Assembly: GCA_951406725.2 (NCBI GenBank)
Contig: OX597818.1
Location: 126,542,001-126,606,000 of the forward strand
DNA from: Octopus vulgaris
Taxonomy: Eukaryota
Direction: 5' to 3'
Length of the DNA: 64,000 bases
In this document: positions 1 through 14,200 of the stretch, piece by piece
Position numbering within the stretch: the first letter of the stretch is position 1
Layout: the number at the start of each line of letters is the position of its first letter
Position numbers and translations under genes: made by a program
Notes under the pieces: generated by a model
The model's input: only the letters and a program-made list of their open reading frames with translations
Told to the model about the DNA's origin: nothing
The model's database searches: none

Positions 1-3
1 TGC

Positions 4-151
4 ATTTGTGTCTGTGTGTGTGATTGTGTGTGTGGGAGAGAGACATGCGTCAAATATACGTAGTAGTAATGGGAAAATTTGCGTCTGTGTGTTTGATTGT
101 GTGTGTGTGAGAGAGAGAAAGATACGTCAAATATATGTAGTATCAATGGAA
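4..151. repeat. Two diverged tandem copies of a ~74-bp unit downstream of the PLE ORF
   Basis: atttgtgtctgtgtgtgtgattgtgtg...cgtcaaatatacgtagtagtaatggga recurs as atttgcgtctgtgtgtttgattgtgtg...cgtcaaatatatgtagtatcaatggaa. Confidence 0.75.
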
Positions 152-271
152 TATATAAAGGAGAGGAAGTGAACGTTGATTGAAAGAATGTTCTGAGGTA
201 TAGGAAAGAATTTCTATATGATAGTGGTGTGGACGTGAAGCTAATTGTTAAAACTACAGTGGTTATCTTTA

Positions 272-1340
272 TCATTTATATGAGTGGAAAGTGTGTTTCT
301 GCAAATGTTTACATTTGTAGGATTTTTCTATGAGTGTGTTTACTAGGGGAACCTTAGCGAAAAGAATATGGAAGAGCTCAGAGTTACAAATGTTACAAAA
401 ACTTCTGCCCTTATCAAAAGGAAAGGATACAGACAATATAAACCAATCCAACTTGAAAATTATATTGTTGTCTTTAAGACGCCAAACTAATTTACTTAGC
501 CCTGTACTAAGCCGTTTTTTCCTATCTCTGAATGTCGAATAGTGATTGGAAATTCTCTTGGATAACTGAGAAGTGGTAGCACCTATATAGAAGACATCGG
601 TACCGGAAGAAATTCTACACTGGTAAATGGAATTCTTAATTTTGGAATTACTGGACAAAAATTTTAATCTGTTAGGGTTTTCCTCCGAGATCGAGACGGA
701 GTTTTTATCGTTATGATTGTTGTTTTTATTATTACTAACGCTAACAACTACACTATTTCTATTATTACTATTATTATTATTATTATTATTATTAATTGTA
801 CTATAACCAGCAATATCACCGACAATAGTACCGTTATTGTTGTTATCATCAACACTACCATTGTTATTAACCCGACTAATACTATTATTAATATTATCAT
901 TATTAACACTATCATTGCTACTAATGCTGGTACTATTAATACTATTTCTATTATTATGATTGTATGATGGGTTGGAATCGGTGAGATTAGTGTGAAGAAT
1001 TTTTGTTTGATTAGTGTGAAGAATTTTTGTTTAGCAGCTTGTTATTATGGGAAGAAATAATTTGTGAAAGATTCCTAGGGTTAGAGAATGCAATTCTTAC
1101 CTTGTGTGAATTGATAATAGAATGATATCTAGAATTACTGGGGAAGTTTCTAGCAACGGCTTCTCGGAACTGTAAGGGAAGGTTCGATTTGATTTGTTTT
1201 CCGAAAGGTATTACAAACCAGATACAGTTTTTTGTGGACTTTAAATTGTTCGTTGTGCTATTTGTGACAGTAAGGGGAAAATTTCTGTGTTGGAAATTTG
1301 GGGTTGGATCGCGCTTACCTCCCCTAGTCCGTAAAGGATT
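272..1340 (-). mobile_element. Penelope-like retroelement 3' part (RT thumb, Asn-rich linker, GIY-YIG endonuclease), Hydra-clade-like, frameshifted
   Basis: ORF 272-658 reads SIYQC...FYIGAT...SKRISNH...CNICNSE...CKH, a GIY-YIG domain with C-terminal CxxC/CxH. The same frame stays open to about 1030 through an Asn/Ser-rich linker. Upstream, in another frame, CIWFVIPFGKQIKSN...RNFP...HKVRIAFS...IISSHN resembles the IIWFNPPF thumb region. Confidence 0.85.
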
Positions 1341-1629
1341 TATCTAATAATGACAGCACCCCTGTACGTAAGATAAATATACGACACAAATGTCTCTATA
1401 TTTATTTTGGACTTTACACATCAAGTCTGTGTCTATGTGAGTATGCATGTATGTATATACATACCTAACTACCAATATATATATATACGGACACACACAC
1501 ACACGCATACGCATGTATGTATGTACAAGTATACAGATGTATATATATATGTATCTATGTAAATGTGTGTACGCGCGTGCGTGCGTGCGTGCATGCGTGT
1601 GTGCGTGTATGTGTGTGTACGTGTGTGTG

Positions 1630-1661
<32 letters not shown>

Positions 1662-2504
1662 TGTATGTGTGTGTACGTGTGTGCGTGTAAACGCGCTCTC
1701 AGTTACATGCATACACACACATACATAAAGTAAAATAACATCAGTCATTTTAATTAATGTGGACCCAGAATGTCGTATTTCTCTCGTGATTAACCGTTGG
1801 TTTAATGCCGCGTGGATATTTATTACTTCGTATTTACCTTGGCGTCTCTCTATTAAAAAAAAATGTATATGACAAGATTAATTTTGACCGCTAAAATTGG
1901 AATATATGGTTGACCGCCATACGGTCTAGAGGTGGGCCTTGGTTGCCAGGTTTAATATATGGCATTGCGAAGTGACTGTTTAGATATTGTCAAATTGATT
2001 GTAAATCTCGCTGCCTTGTAAGTTTATTCCTCTAATAAATGACACGCTCGTCGCGCATGTGTGTTGTGTGTACTTAGGCTCGAACGAATGCTCACACACT
2101 CACATAGCTATCTAACCACACACACTCCCAGCAAGTTGATAAGCGTATTAACATGCACACAGATATGTATGCATATATGTGTGTATTTTTTATGGATGAT
2201 CGTATGTATCTATTCATAATATATGTGTGTGACTCTCTATTTATCTCTCACTCTCCTTATATATATATATATTTGCTTTGTTCGTGGGTTAACCAGACTA
2301 GAGTTGGTTTTAAGTTGTGAAAGGTATCTCTCAACGTTGGTGTTCGTCTCTGTCTTGGATGAAAACACAAAAATAGAGGTTTTCATCCAAGATGGAGACG
2401 AACAATAACGTTCCATGTGACAGACTTTAATAATTCTTAAGAGATATTTCTTTAACATGAAACCAATGGTAGTCTGGTAAACCTACGAATAATGAATATT
2501 TATC

Positions 2505-2742
2505 CACAAAGGAGGGGATCGACACTTTTGAGAGAGCACGTATCCAGCATGAAGAACTTAAGCGAGCTGCGCGAAAGCACACGGCTCGTATAGTGAATGG
2601 GGAAAGCTTGGTCTGCAATGTTTGCAGTCGTGTATGCTTGTCAAGAGCAGGGCTCATTAGCCACCAACGGAGCCGCAAATGTAAAATATAAGTTAGTCCT
2701 AGAGAGCAATGGTCTTCCTCGGTCACGAGTGGACGGCCATCA
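2505..2742 (+). mobile_element. 3' end of an RTE-type LINE (ORF2 C-terminus with C2H2-like finger and short 3' UTR)
   Basis: Translation GIDTFERARIQHEELKRAARK...[27 protein letters not shown], with the stop at 2689-2691, followed by a short UTR and a microsatellite. Confidence 0.75.
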
Positions 2743-2762
2743 TGTATATGTATATATAAATG

Positions 2763-2811
<49 letters not shown>

Positions 2812-2812
2812 G

Positions 2813-2857
<45 letters not shown>

Positions 2858-2867
2858 CTATATATAT

Positions 2868-3030
2868 ACGATGAGCTTCTTTTCAGTTTCCGTAGACTAA
2901 ATCCACCCACAAGGCTTTGGTCGGCCCGAAGCTACAGTAGAAGACACTTGCCCAAGGTGCCATGCAGTGGAACTGAACCCGGAAGCATGGGGTTGGTAAG
3001 CAAGCTACTTACCACACAACCGCACCTGCG
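2868..3030 (-). mobile_element. tRNA-derived SINE family A, 5' part
   Basis: Minus strand has an A-box-like tgtggtaag, a B-box ggttcagttcc and CORE-like ggcaccttgggcaagtgtctt; many copies in the window. Confidence 0.8.
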
Positions 3031-3197
3031 ACTACATGAGTTCTAATTCAAAGCATGATATACGCACATATAGTTATAAAATATATGTGTGTTTATCATA
3101 TAAGTTAATATGATCTCACATTCACACTGACACACACCGATACACACGGATAGAAACATAGTTGCAACTCAGGTGCTAGGTCCTGGTACTTTGCTAT

Positions 3198-3277
3198 TTA
3201 CTCTATACCTTTCATATTGATTTTCTCATCATTTGGGATTGTAAAGTCAATTACCTGGCATTTTCTATTCTGTTTGC

Positions 3278-3329
<52 letters not shown>

Positions 3330-3665
3330 AACTACTACTACTACTAAATCAGGCATTCTAGATCCTATTACTGTGTCAGTCTGAATGTTAAAGTCCCACA
3401 ACATCTTGTATTTCTTACTTTCTAGCATTTTACTAGGTTCATGTTCATACCACTTGTCAGTATGGCCAAACCCTAGCTTTATACATAACTTCTAATGGAT
3501 CATTCTCCCTAGGGTGTAATGTCTTACCCTGTATTCTTTTTGTGCCAACATACTATATTTACTAACTGTATGAGTAGTACTTTCTTCCTTTGATTTAAAT
3601 AACCTTCATTGGGAATCTACTTGATTTTTGTCTATCTTGGCTTTTATCGAGTTAGTCTTCATTGC
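3198..3665 (-). mobile_element. R4/Dong-like non-LTR retrotransposon fragment (decayed CCHC plus restriction-like endonuclease)
   Basis: KTNSIKAKID...LAQKEYRVRH...KWYEHEP...LWDFNIQTD...RMPDLVV...CQVIDFTIPND; contains stops and a (GTA)n expansion. Confidence 0.85.
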
Positions 3666-3889
3666 GGCTAGAAAGTCTTTTATTGTAAATCTGCTTAATC
3701 TGGGGCTCCAAATCGGTTGAATACGACAAGGACACATACGCACCACTACACACTACCGACAGCATCAGCATCCTTAGCAACAACGGAACTTTAACATAGT
3801 TACCAAATCTGTAAGAAACAGCAGCCATGTCTTCTTGAAATCACACTCCATTATCTTGAAAAAGGAAGGATATTGGACAATGTATTCTT

Positions 3890-4198
3890 CCAATTTTCGA
3901 CCAAATTCGTCACCCTATTCAAACCTAGCCAGGCTCATGGGCCCGGTTTCCCGGTTTCTGTGGCGTATGCGTCCCCCCCAGCCAGCTGTACCGGACGCCA
4001 ATCCATCGCAGCGTTACTCAAGAAACAGGAAGAGAGAGTGAGAGAAAGTTCTGGCGTCACCACCACCCCCTACCGGAGCCTCGAGGAGCTTTTAGGTGTT
4101 TTCACTCAATAAACACACACAACGGCCGGTCTGGGAATCGAAACCGCGATCACCCGACCGCGAGTCCGTTGCCCTAACCACTGGGCCATTGCGCCTCC
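3890..4198 (-). mobile_element. tRNA-derived SINE family C with 13-bp target-site duplication
   Basis: Head ggaggcgcaatggcccagtggttagg...ggtttcgattccc. TSD ACAATGTATTCTT at 3877-3889 and 4199-4211. Inserted in an older repeat. Confidence 0.85.
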
Positions 4199-5708
4199 AC
4201 AATGTATTCTTAGATACACAAACATAAGGGAGCGTCATGGATGGAATCACTTTGATCATAGGTCTAGTCGACTAGAGCTGATCAGAAGCTAAACAACTAA
4301 AAGAACTAGCGAGTGATAGGCTTAGGTTTATTCTGACACTCGTTTTAATGCTAACACCTGACACGTTGGATGTCTTAAACAGAATCCATTCTGTTGTAAT
4401 TATCAGAACCAAGACTCCGGCTTGAAGACAACTTCCACCCATAAGTCTCTGGTGCCCCTCAAAAGGTCATATCTGTTTTACTTAAATCAAAAGAAAAAAA
4501 TAATTGATATCCACTATTTTACTGCTCTTCGGAAGTGTACGCTCCGTCTCTGTCATGTTTGATATAAACAACCAATCCAGCAGCAAACGTAAGATTCAAC
4601 TAATTATATGGAAAACTCATTTATAGCACAGAAATAAAACAAAATAATAATGACAAGAATGAGAAGATTTTATTATATGTATTTGTGAAATTTTATCACA
4701 TAAAAAATAGGAAGCAACGAAGTTTGACAGCAGAACTGTCAAAACCCTGGAATATACACGTGAAACGGAATTTCAACAGTTAAAGAATACGTGAGACAAA
4801 CATCAAACAGCTGTTTCATAATTTGAGAGATATTGCAACTGAGAACTTGACAGTGTGGCTGCGAAAATCTGTCATCTTCGATTCTGGTATAAACCTTTGC
4901 GAATTTCTTCAGACAGGAGAATTGCTGTCGCTTATTCTCAAGGTATGGGAGCGTTGACTTGATAAGAAATAATAAAGAAATGTGACAAAATGGTCTTCTA
5001 TATTTCAGAAATGAAATGATAATTTTTGACGTTCAGTCATATCAATTTTTGCTTTTTATACAGTGTATTTGAATGTAATGAAGCGGTGAAACGTTGTATT
5101 TTTATTCATACTAACAGATACATAAAGGCGCACGCTCGTATATACACGCACACATACACACATATATGTATGTGTGTATTTACTATATTTACTGTGTGAG
5201 TAGCACTTTCTTCCTTCGATTTAAATAAGCTTCATTGGGAACACATACACACATACACACACCAGTGATCTCACACACACACATGCATATACATACGGAT
5301 ATAGATATAAAATTATGTACGCATTCAAATATAGAAGTCACAGTATATTCGTATATGATTCATTTTCTCGAAAGTATAATAGGCATACATACATACATAC
5401 ATACATACATACATACATACATACATACATACATACATACATACATACATACATTCATAAATTTGAGGTCTGATCAATGAGTCTCTGGACTGATGCCATA
5501 GTAACGAAGCTAAAGCACACAGAGTGAAGCCACTTAGCGCAGATTGACCTTGAACTCTACTGTGCATGCGCACTAACTATATGTATATGTTATGTATGTA
5601 TGTATATATGTATACATATGTATGTATATAGATATGTATATATATATATGTATGCACTATATATATATGTATGTATATATGTATATATGTATGTATATAT
5701 GTATATAT

Positions 5709-5741
<33 letters not shown>

Positions 5742-6029
5742 TACATACATATATATATATATACCTATATCTATATATATATATATATATATATATTTAA
5801 ATTCTATAATTATAAGCATAATTATAATTAGGGTTCAGCAAATTGCTTCACCACATACTATTTCTCTACCATAAGATATCTCCCAGACAGTAATATTCTT
5901 AATTCACATAGGTAAATATTAATCATAGAATTTTTGTATAAAGCTACCGATAAAGGCTATTTTAACATACCGAAGTACTTGGTAAAATTATTAATTATTA
6001 ATTAATTAATTATACCCTTTATTATTATA

Positions 6030-6065
<36 letters not shown>

Positions 6066-6067
6066 TA

Positions 6068-6362
6068 GTGAGAGGACATGGTTTGGGGATTAGGGTGCTG
6101 CAATCTCTATCTGGTGATCGTGGTTTCAATTCCTAGACCGGGTCGTGCATTGTGCTCTTGGGAAAAAGACTTCATCTCACATTGCTCTGCAATCACTTCC
6201 ACACCTGACGCGTGGCACACCTTGTACCTGTTCAGACAACGTCGATTCGATGGAGACACTGAGCTTCTGTGCGGCACGAACATTTGATCACTATAAGCAA
6301 ATCATTTGTACAAGTTGTTCGGCAAAAGCTGAACACGCAATTGTCGTCTTCGACGGGAGAGT
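6068..6362 (+). mobile_element. tRNA-derived SINE (family C-related head)
   Basis: B-box ggtttcaattcc followed by gtgctcttgggaaaaagacttcatctcacattgctc. Confidence 0.6.
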
Positions 6363-6381
6363 CCAATATATATATATATAA

Positions 6382-6450
<69 letters not shown>

Positions 6451-6789
6451 TGTGTGTGTGTGTGTGCACGCGCATTCACTTATATATAGAGATATGAGCG
6501 TGCGTTTGCTTGTACTTGTGTGACAAGGATCTGCAGAGCTTCACTCAAATTCACTTGAAAGCGAATTTGATAAAGAGATGACGTATATATATAGGCTTTA
6601 TATCTCTTATTAAATAACTCCATGCCTTAAACTAAATTACACCCACTGAGAAAACCAATACCCACTGCAAATAAATTCCTTTATGAAACTTCTAACATAC
6701 ACCCAACAAAATACAAACTAAAAGTCGTACATATAAACTGGGACAGATTCTATATTTGTGTACATATATATATATGCATATATATATGC

Positions 6790-6836
<47 letters not shown>

Positions 6837-7804
6837 TATATATATATATATATATACATGTGTATACATATATTTATATATACATATGTATACATATATG
6901 TCAACGTGTATGCATCTATGAATACGATTATATATATAGAAACACATTTGCAAACATATATACTCATATGTATATGTATTTGTGTAAATGGCGGCCTGCG
7001 GATGGATCACGCAAATGGGCGTACAAAAAAGACGCCAGTTTATTTTTTCATCTAAGAAGAAAAGCAGATTTCTAAAGATCGGCTATAACCACTTTCTCTC
7101 AATTTCATTGACAAGCACACTCCTTTCAAATAAATCAATAATATCTCGGCTAACCTGTCAGAAGACGTTGTCCTCTGATAGTCACGGGCCATTATGCCAC
7201 ATAACTTCCAATAAAAAATAAAACATTCCGCCCTCTCCGTCGCCATATTGTGAGCACGCTGTACATTTACTTATATATGCGTGTATATAGAGAGGTGCAT
7301 GTGTATATGCTTATATATGTGTCAACATGTATGTATACATAAATGTATATATATCTGTATATATGTAGGTATATATATTTATACATATATACATATATGA
7401 TGTGTTGTTCCTGAGTGAGTTGTGTTTGAGGTTGCCCTTGTTTATTCTATGTTGACAATATCTTTTACCCAAATTCTCGTATCCTAAAGTTCAACAAAGA
7501 CACCCAGAAGCTGGAATTATTTATGTTATTTACACACACACACACGCACACACACACACACACACTCACGCACACACACATATACATACGCACACACGTA
7601 CACCCACATATACATACGCACACACGTACACATACTCTTTTATCTTTTCCGTCCTGCTTTTTATCTGTTTTTCCTCTTATCCATTCATATACATACGCCT
7701 ATGTTCTTATATTTGTATGTGTGTGCATATATACAGATATACATAAATACACACATATATATGCATATACATATGCGTTTACTAATATGTGTGTGTGCAT
7801 GTGC

Positions 7805-7923
<119 letters not shown>

Positions 7924-8058
7924 ATATTATATAGAGGGCACTATATAATATAAATAAATATTTTCAAGTTGAAAAAATTTACTGATTTTTTTCTCTTACG
8001 AGGTTTTTTCACGCTAACTACTTGATAATTTCTTATGAAGATTTTATCCTATTTTAAA

Positions 8059-8122
<64 letters not shown>

Positions 8123-8292
8123 AAAAGTAAAAGTAAAAAAAATATACAAACTGGGACAAGAACGTGAAACATTTAGAAGACGACACAAAAAACACACACA
8201 TATATATAGTTAGATTGATAGATATATATGCTTAGCTGCATATAAATATTCCTACATGCATATAATATATATACATGCATACATATGTACAT

Positions 8293-8344
<52 letters not shown>

Positions 8345-8818
8345 GTACACATGGGTATAAATACATATATACATATACATAACTGTATCGGTGTGTTCAT
8401 ACATATAAGCACGCATGTGTAATTTATGAGCATACAATACAGACGACTATGTGATATTTTCTATACACTCTCATAACAATCACAATTCTATGCAGATATA
8501 CATATATTACATATACAATCAGTCGGATTTGAAACTCGGTGTATATATTTACATATATAAACTTATACATTCATCCATACAGACTTGCATACGTACATAC
8601 ATATTTACATACATCTCTAAATAACTGCATAGCTACACGCATGCGTACCTCCATGCGTACATACACACGTACCTATTTAGTTTCCGCTTTCTTTTCTCAA
8701 GTACACTAACTTTTTTTTTCTCTTTTATAATTTTTTATTTCCCTGCAACCAAAATGCTTACAACAAAAAAAAGAAAACAACAGCAACAGCAGCAGCAACA
8801 ATAAATAGTAATGATAAC

Positions 8819-8851
<33 letters not shown>

Positions 8852-8891
8852 GGTGGTGGTGGTGGTGGTGGTGGTGGTGGTGGTGGTAGTG

Positions 8892-8986
<95 letters not shown>

Positions 8987-9010
8987 GGTGGTGGTGGTGG
9001 TGGTAGTAGT

Positions 9011-9073
<63 letters not shown>

Positions 9074-9620
9074 AAAATAATAACAATAATACGGTGTCGT
9101 GTGACACGTTCACAATGGCTGGTGATATAAAGGTGAGAGCCGCAAAAGTCCTGAAGTTATCCGCGCCGTGTACTATATCCAATTACATACATAGCTTAGT
9201 CGTCGTTCTCTGTCACAAAACGCCCAACTGTCTCTATAAAAATAGAATGGCTAAAGCTTATGAAAACACAAGTCGTAATGGAGGAAATCCTGTCTTTACA
9301 AGATTTACAAGGACGACAAATGTGGACTACTAATGTCCGCCTATTCAATACCTCTTTTCTGTTTCAACAAAGGTTAATAGTTGTGACCTGTAGAATACAC
9401 AATTAAAGAGGACTGAAATAAAATACATTGAAAGAAAAGAAAAATATGAAAACCAAATAAAATATAAAAATATACACCCCTACACACAGAGAGACACACA
9501 CACACACATATATACATGTGTGTGTGCGTATATAAATATATGTGTATATATTTGCACCCTTAGTCACTTTTAGTGACGATTATATATACATACATGCATA
9601 CGCACATGCACGCACACACA

Positions 9621-9675
<55 letters not shown>

Positions 9676-9870
9676 ATATGTATGCATATCTTCTTGCAGA
9701 TTATTTTCATATGATGTATCTATGTATGTAAACATATATATACATTTATATTTATGGCTGCCCCCTCGTTATCGAGTATGGCCGTGTATACATACATACA
9801 TACATACATACATACATACATACATACATACATACATACATACATACATACATACATGCAAACATACATA

Positions 9871-10665
9871 TATGGTCTAAAATTCACACCAACTCCTAAA
9901 TCCAGCACAACAGACTTTATAACAGATACTGAAGAATTTTACAGAAGACTTCGCCCACGGGAGTTCTTTCCTAACAATGGCAACGATGATCCACCGTTTT
10001 TGCAGAATAAAACAGGTTTTAAACCTCCGATAAAAAGAAACAAACACCTGGTGGAATATATAATATACCTGAAAAGGTCTGCTAACTCAAACATTCCAAC
10101 AAACCCTTTAAAACAAAATATTACAGATGAGGGGCAAAAATCATTAGAATGTCTTCAAGATTCATCTATAATCATTAAAGAAGCTGACAAAGGAGGAGCC
10201 ATTGTAATAATGGACAAGGCCCATTAGAAGGAAATGGTCTTAGAACAATTCAGTGACCAGCAATTCTACCGAAGACTAGATAGCAATGCAAATAAACGAA
10301 CTATGAGCAAAACTGGCAAATTTATCAACAAATTCAAGGATGAGTTAACTAAAAAGGAATTGAAATACCTAACCAATTTTGAAGTGGAAACAAGTAATTT
10401 TTATGGCCTTCCTGAAATCCATAAATCCGAACAGATCAGCAACAGCTTAAAAGATCTCCATACTCCATATATTAAGATTCCCTAACCAACTGATCTCAAA
10501 TTGCATCTGATTGTTGCAGGACCAGCATCCAGCACCCAAAGATTAAGCAACTTGCTGGACATAATTTGAAAAACCTTTATGTAGATTAGTTCCCAATTTC
10601 ATCAGAGATGACATGGACTTCTTAAACCCTATCCCAGAACAGGCAGATAAAGAGACAGTACTAGT
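9871..10665 (+). mobile_element. Penelope-like element RT N-terminal fragment (Neptune-like), pseudogenised
   Basis: GLKFTPTP...EFYRRLR...IIIKEADKGGAIVIMD...FYGLPEIHKS...IVAGPASSTQRLSNLLD...FIRDDMDFL, with stops and frameshifts. Confidence 0.88.
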
Positions 10666-11065
10666 AAAGGATGAGATAAATGACATTCGCTTCGTTAATT
10701 TTACGTCGAGATAAAACCTTTAGGACAAATTGGCCAACAGTTGGAATTCAACTTGGAACTGGAACAATAGAATCATTGCACTACACAATTAATTCAAATC
10801 CGTCCTTAACCTCTGATCAAACACCACCAAGGCATATAGTCGTATGATAGTGATGCTATTTCGCTCTCTTTAGTTTGGGCCGCAAGTCCAATTAGCACAC
10901 CACAGGATTTAGCATAAAATACGCACCGAGTGCAGCTTATAAGCTAGTGCTTTATAAACAAATCTGATAACATTCGTCGAAAAAATCTTCATGCAGTATC
11001 ATTAATTAAACTTTTAAGTAGCTGCTGATTTAAAAAAACTTTCCCATGTTATGCCGACTCATAAA

Positions 11066-11278
11066 GGCTGGTTTCCTGGGACCCGGTTTCTATGGCGTAT
11101 AAATTCTCCACCTGGACGGGACGCCGGTCTGTCGCAGAATTACTCATTTTTGCCAGCTGAAAAGAGTGATGTAACGTGAAATGAAGTGTCTTGCTCAAGA
11201 ACACACTGCATCGCTCGGACCAGGAATCGAAACCACAATCATACGACCATCTTAACCACTAAACCACGTGCCTTCACA
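11066..11278 (-). mobile_element. tRNA-derived SINE (family C-related)
   Basis: Shares cccggtttc..tggcgtat..ggacgcc and the ggaatcgaaacc B-box with 3890-4198. Confidence 0.7.
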
Positions 11279-13443
11279 GGAACTGATTCACCTCATCTGA
11301 GATGGGAACAGTTCTACCACACTAAGAGGCATCATCCAATATACTTGTTTTAAATGTTTTACACAATACTTGTTACTGTCAGTTGGCTGTTTCCTGTTTA
11401 TGCAGAATCTCTCTTGAATCACTCCTCACCGTATTAGAAAGGGGTGCGGTACATTGGATAATGTGGTGTGGTACTGAGTTTCCTACACACTGGAAGAAAA
11501 TGGATAAGTCAAGATTGGAAAGCCTTAGATTCTAAATTTTTCTATCAAGTTTTACTACAATTATAGACATAAAAAGGCAATATTAAAAATATATTTCAAG
11601 ATATTTGCCCAGATCAGTTATCACATCTAACAATTCAGATAGCGTTATGAGCCAATATAAGCTTCTCGGCAGGAAAAATTACGTTATTGTTTTGTATTTA
11701 AAAACAAAATGTCCTTGTTTTTTAATGGATGGTCTTGAGAAAATGGTTGTATCCTTGGTATTCACAAGTCCTTCTGAGACCACTGAGATTGATACAGCTG
11801 ATTTTCTTATTGAACAACAAAAACAAGCGGAAAAAGAGGGAATTCAGAAGGGAAACGTTATGGGGATGAAGTGTTGGGTTTGTGGTTTGTTACGGATGTG
11901 GGAGAGAAGACACATTATGACTAACAAGAGGAAGAAGGACGAATGAATTGGGAAGGCTTTGGTGGAGGTCTATGTTTTATTGCAATCAGGCCACTCACTA
12001 TTTTCTTAATGAAACTTGATTTCCTGACGAACAGAATTTGTTATAATGTTACAAAGCGTTCTGAATAGCAACGAGTGTTGATTAGGAAGCTGAGCTGAGT
12101 TCCAATGGAAGAAAGCCCGATATTCCCTGCCAATAAAGGTCTCTTGGAAACTATTGTCGCTACCCTGGGTTGACACAAAACCACTCAATCACATTGCATA
12201 CAATAAAGTATATTAGTGCATGTCTGGATGAACAGAAATGCTTGTCAGCTGGTGAAGCCGGGATGTATTTGGAGCTATAGATCTCTGATATATACATAGT
12301 TTTATTAAACAGCTACCTTCCTACCACGATTATGTCTGTGTACTGGATCAGAGATAAGCTACACAATATTATTACTAATACTCAAAGAGTTACTTCAAAG
12401 AATTAAAACATCGAGAGCTCTAGGTGAGTTCCCAGCCTTTTTACAAACAACGAAATCTTTTGTTTACGTAAAAGAACCCCAGGTTTTTGAAAGGTCACTC
12501 TATTCATTTAACCCCACCATTATTATCTTTGGTGACCTGTAGTGGTCCACCAACGTCAAGCTGGAAACCGCTGCTTTATGTTATCGCTCAATCTTCTTGA
12601 AATAGCGACCGAATAACCATCAAATCACGCCATACAGCGTCAGTTTTTAATGTTTTTCTAACTACACTGTATTAGGAACTAAAAGTATTTGGACACACCC
12701 ACATCTTTAACAAGTTCTATTTTAGATACATAAAGAAAAGGTAATTATTTAACTTCTACTTTAACGTATTGCACCTTGTTGCAATGAAGTACACACGTAC
12801 TGGCATGGGACATTCAAAACACTCAAGATGTCTAAATATCCTGCTGTTTTCCGAATCTTTTGAAAACCTCGCGGTACACATGCGGGCTATACTCAACACA
12901 GTGGTTGGAAATTTCTGCTACACAGTTTAAATTAAATGAAGGATATATTAAAAGGTATTGTACTGTCTACGCTGTCTGGTATACATAAGAAACATGAGAT
13001 GGTCATTTCTGGAATGTCTTTGATCATAGAGTTGCCCGATCAAAGATGACCTGGGGCTAAACAACAATTAGAATGGCAATAATAACACAAGAAACAAAAA
13101 TCAGAAGCGATGTCCCTTTATGGCTTTCGCAGTTAAGAAAATAGTCACAAACACGTATACGCGTATGAACACATCCATCCATCCATACATACATACATAC
13201 ATACATACATACATGCATGCATACATACATACATACATACATACATACATACATACATACATACATACATACATACATACATACATACACATACGCATAT
13301 CTCAACAATGTCTTTTCCATTACGTACTGTTGTTTCTAATAGAAATTGCAGCTGGACGTTTTTATTTCATTTTATTTCAATTACTAAACAATAAAATGAG
13401 AAATACAGAATTAGAAATAAAGAAACAAAGAAAGAAAGAAGGA

Positions 13444-13491
<48 letters not shown>

Positions 13492-13659
13492 AGGAAAGAA
13501 GGAAAGAAGAAAGAAAGAAGGAAAGAAGAAAGAAGATCGTCACAAAAGCTGGTATAAGACTAAAACAGAAGTATGTAGCCTTACTTATTTCCTTCCTTCC
13601 CTTCTATCTTGATCAGGATTTACTTTGCATATATTTTAGGCTGGTTTATTTTGCTTAAA

Positions 13660-13681
13660 AACAACAACAGCAACAATGATG

Positions 13682-13735
<54 letters not shown>

Positions 13736-13746
13736 GAAATAGTAAC

Positions 13747-13779
<33 letters not shown>

Positions 13780-13831
13780 TATAATAATAATTATAATAAT
13801 TATAATAATAATAATAAGAGTAATAGTAATC

Positions 13832-13870
<39 letters not shown>

Positions 13871-13914
13871 GTAATCATAATAATAATAATAATAGTAATA
13901 GTAATAATAATAAT

Positions 13915-13951
<37 letters not shown>

Positions 13952-13993
13952 GTAATCATAATAATAATAATAATAATAAGAGTAATAGTAATC

Positions 13994-14026
<33 letters not shown>

Positions 14027-14047
14027 GTAATAATAATAATAATAATA

Positions 14048-14110
<63 letters not shown>

Positions 14111-14200
14111 GTAATCATAATAATAATAATAATAATAATAATAGTAATAGTAATCATAATAATAATAATAACAATAATAATAATAATAATAATAATAATC
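13660..14200. repeat. Long compound (AAT)n microsatellite
   Basis: About 540 bp of AAT with recurring AGT/CAT interruptions. Confidence 0.95.

Noticed and set aside
713-967. Ile/Thr-rich plus-strand ORF
   Set aside because: It is the antisense shadow of the PLE Asn-rich linker.
4120-4198. tRNA-like sequence
   Set aside because: It is the head of a SINE bounded by a TSD, with no complete cloverleaf or terminator.
5940-5990. Hammerhead-like ccgataaa...ccgaag motif
   Set aside because: Stems II and III and the GAAA could not be formed convincingly.
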